DNA of 63,553 bases, filler included, from an uncultured Chlamydiae bacterium (GTDB lineage Bacteria > Chlamydiota > Chlamydiia > Chlamydiales > SM23-39): the NCBI GenBank assembly GCA_937899275.1. It is 5 parts of 5 records of this genome, joined end to end, with 100 filler letters (N's around TTAATTAATTAA, not from the genome) between each part and the next. Parts side by side here need not be neighbours in the genome. Positions count along the whole stretch, not along the records: positions 60,607 to 63,553 come from CALBPE010000088.1; 4 more parts are not named here. One strand, given 5' to 3'. This document shows positions 62,140 to 63,553 of the stretch, one piece after another. Both the position numbers and the translations under genes were made by a program. Numbering within the stretch: the stretch's first letter is position 1; every line of letters begins with the position of its first letter. The notes below the pieces were generated by a model that worked only from the letters and a program-made list of their open reading frames with translations, did not search any database and was not told where the DNA came from.

Positions 62140-62441
62140 GGTTTTGCAAGCCAGTTAGGGCGCCGGCAAATGGATTCATAAACGAGGGGATTGTAAGTAA
62201 GAAGCGTCTTTTTTAACGCTTTTTGTAACTCTGGATAGATCGCTTCAGGAATAAACACCACCATTTTATGGTAGGCGATTGCATCGGGCAGGTCTGCACT
62301 TGTGATCGCATGTCCCTTGTATATACATGCTGAAGGTGCATGCACCGTGCAAGTAACACTTGGAAAAGGTCGTATTTTGTATAAAACCTCATGGGCTGCA
62401 AGCTTATCAATGAGGATCTCTAAACGAACGATATCTGTCAT
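62136..62441 (-). CDS. P-II-like protein, putative SbtB partner (divergent)
   Basis: 101 aa, starts immediately after the sbtA-like stop; RLEILI first strand. Confidence 0.55.
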   Translation of the reverse strand: MTDIVRLEILIDKLAAHEVLYKIRPFPSVTCTVHAPSACIYKGHAITSADLPDAIAYHKMVVFIPEAIYPELQKALKKTLLTYNPLVYESICRRPNWLAKP

Positions 62442-63392
62442 CTACACTCCATAATGTTGTACCACCCAAAGATAAAACGGGATGCCGATCAGTATGTTGA
62501 TGGGAAAAGTCACTCCCATAGCGAGTGATAAATATAGACTAGGGCTTGCTTCGGGAACAGTTGTTCTCATAGCAGCAGGAGCTGCTATGTAAGAAGCGCT
62601 TCCGAAAAGTAACATCAGTAAAAAGGTGTCTCCCGGTGTAAAAGAACATATCTTTGAGATGAAAAACGCCAAAAACGCCATACTCACTTGAAAGGCTACT
62701 GCAGATATAAATAAGGTTAAAGGCGCTTTTTTTACATCTTCAAATCGTTTTGCTACAGCTAGCCCCAAATCGAGAAGAAAAAACGTCAACATGCCTTGAA
62801 AAAGACTCTCGTAAAATGGAAAAATCTTATTCCAGCTCTCTTCGGATAAAGCCATCCCAATAAAAAAACTGCCTAAAAGCAGCATCACCGAGTGGTTTGT
62901 TACTGCATGACAAAGGGTAGGTATTAAAGATGTGGACGTATCTTCACGATGCCTACTGTAGAAAAATAGCGCCGCTAAAATCGCAGGAGACTCCATCAGA
63001 GCTAGAACCGCGATCATATAAGGTCCGTAAGGTATACCCAGTTTATCTAAAAGAGCGGCTCCTGTGATAAAAGTCACCGCGCTAATCGATCCATAAGATG
63101 CAGCAAGAGCAATTGCATTTGACTCTTTTGTGGATCTTCTAAAAACGTAGTAGGCTAAAGAAGCGGCTACAAAAGATCCGATAATAGCGACCAAGAAAAC
63201 AGTTACATACCCCTTTTCTAAAGGAGATCTAACCAAATGGACTCCGCCTTGGATTCCGATGGCGGAAAGCACATAAAGAGAAAAAAACTTTGGTAAAGGG
63301 TGGGCGATTTCCAAATCAGATTTAATAGCTTTTGAAAAAACGCCTAAAAGGAAAAACAGAATGGGAGCAGAGGTAAGTACTTCGAAAACCAT
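62442..63392 (-). CDS. sbtA: Sodium-dependent bicarbonate transporter SbtA/DUF897 family
   Basis: KSDLEI, YGSISAVTF, ALMESPA, SASYIAAPAAMR, GVTFPINI. Confidence 0.9.
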   Translation of the reverse strand: MVFEVLTSAPILFFLLGVFSKAIKSDLEIAHPLPKFFSLYVLSAIGIQGGVHLVRSPLEKGYVTVFLVAIIGSFVAASLAYYVFRRSTKESNAIALAASYGSISAVTFITGAALLDKLGIPYGPYMIAVLALMESPAILAALFFYSRHREDTSTSLIPTLCHAVTNHSVMLLLGSFFIGMALSEESWNKIFPFYESLFQGMLTFFLLDLGLAVAKRFEDVKKAPLTLFISAVAFQVSMAFLAFFISKICSFTPGDTFLLMLLFGSASYIAAPAAMRTTVPEASPSLYLSLAMGVTFPINILIGIPFYLWVVQHYGV

Positions 63393-63494
63393 AACTACTG
63401 TTGTACTAAGAAAGCGATAAAAATACAACTCACTAGAGCTGATCTATAGAGAATTTTTCTTGTACAATCCATCAAAAAAATGTACATCCTTTGG

Positions 63495-63553
63495 TCTGGC
63501 AATATCTGGCAATATCTGGCAATATCTGGCAATATCTGGCAATATCTGGCAAT
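63495..63553 (+). repeat. Perfect 10-bp tandem repeat (TCTGGCAATA) x5.9, truncated by the window end
   Basis: Read directly from the sequence. Confidence 0.95.

Noticed and set aside
63495..63553. CRISPR array
   Set aside because: 10-bp units without spacers; no cas genes; no repeat-spacer pattern seen anywhere in the window

Overview
AT-rich (roughly 38-40% GC by eye) DNA from a Chlamydiae (Chlamydiota) bacterium, most likely an environmental lineage. The evidence is CdsJ/SctJ, an Slc1/CT043-type chaperone, a CT253-type lipoprotein, chlamydial long YidC next to a DnaA paralogue, and a classical men operon. The window is five contigs joined by artificial N44-TTAATTAATTAA-N44 spacers (19685-19784, 24949-25048, 34248-34347, 60507-60606), so adjacency across these gaps means nothing. 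Bases 25049-60506 are mostly housekeeping: LPS glycosyltransferases, hemH, glgP, pit, CBS proteins, cysteine desulfurase, PP2C, dnaA, yidC, menG-F-D-B-A-C-E, typA, mgtE and gyrB. One Fido-like effector candidate is inserted among them. Bases 1-24948 are accessory and rich in effector-like genes: a PATR-repeat surface protein missed by the ORF track, a DxD glycosyltransferase-like basic protein, a His/Cys protease-like protein, a eukaryote-type mitochondrial carrier, and ankyrin and Pro-rich Inc-like proteins. The best candidate for an undescribed system is a four-gene operon (8690-13148): 2OG-Fe hydroxylase, sulfotransferase, SAM methyltransferase and ROK-type kinase, all with signal-peptide-like N-termini. 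Two copies of an internally deleted IS605-group (tnpA/tnpB) element sit at TTAC sites inside the 3' ends of genes and rewrite their C-termini. Several genes carry single in-frame stops or frameshifts, which may be sequencing errors. All family assignments come from motif recognition by eye; no database searches were run.
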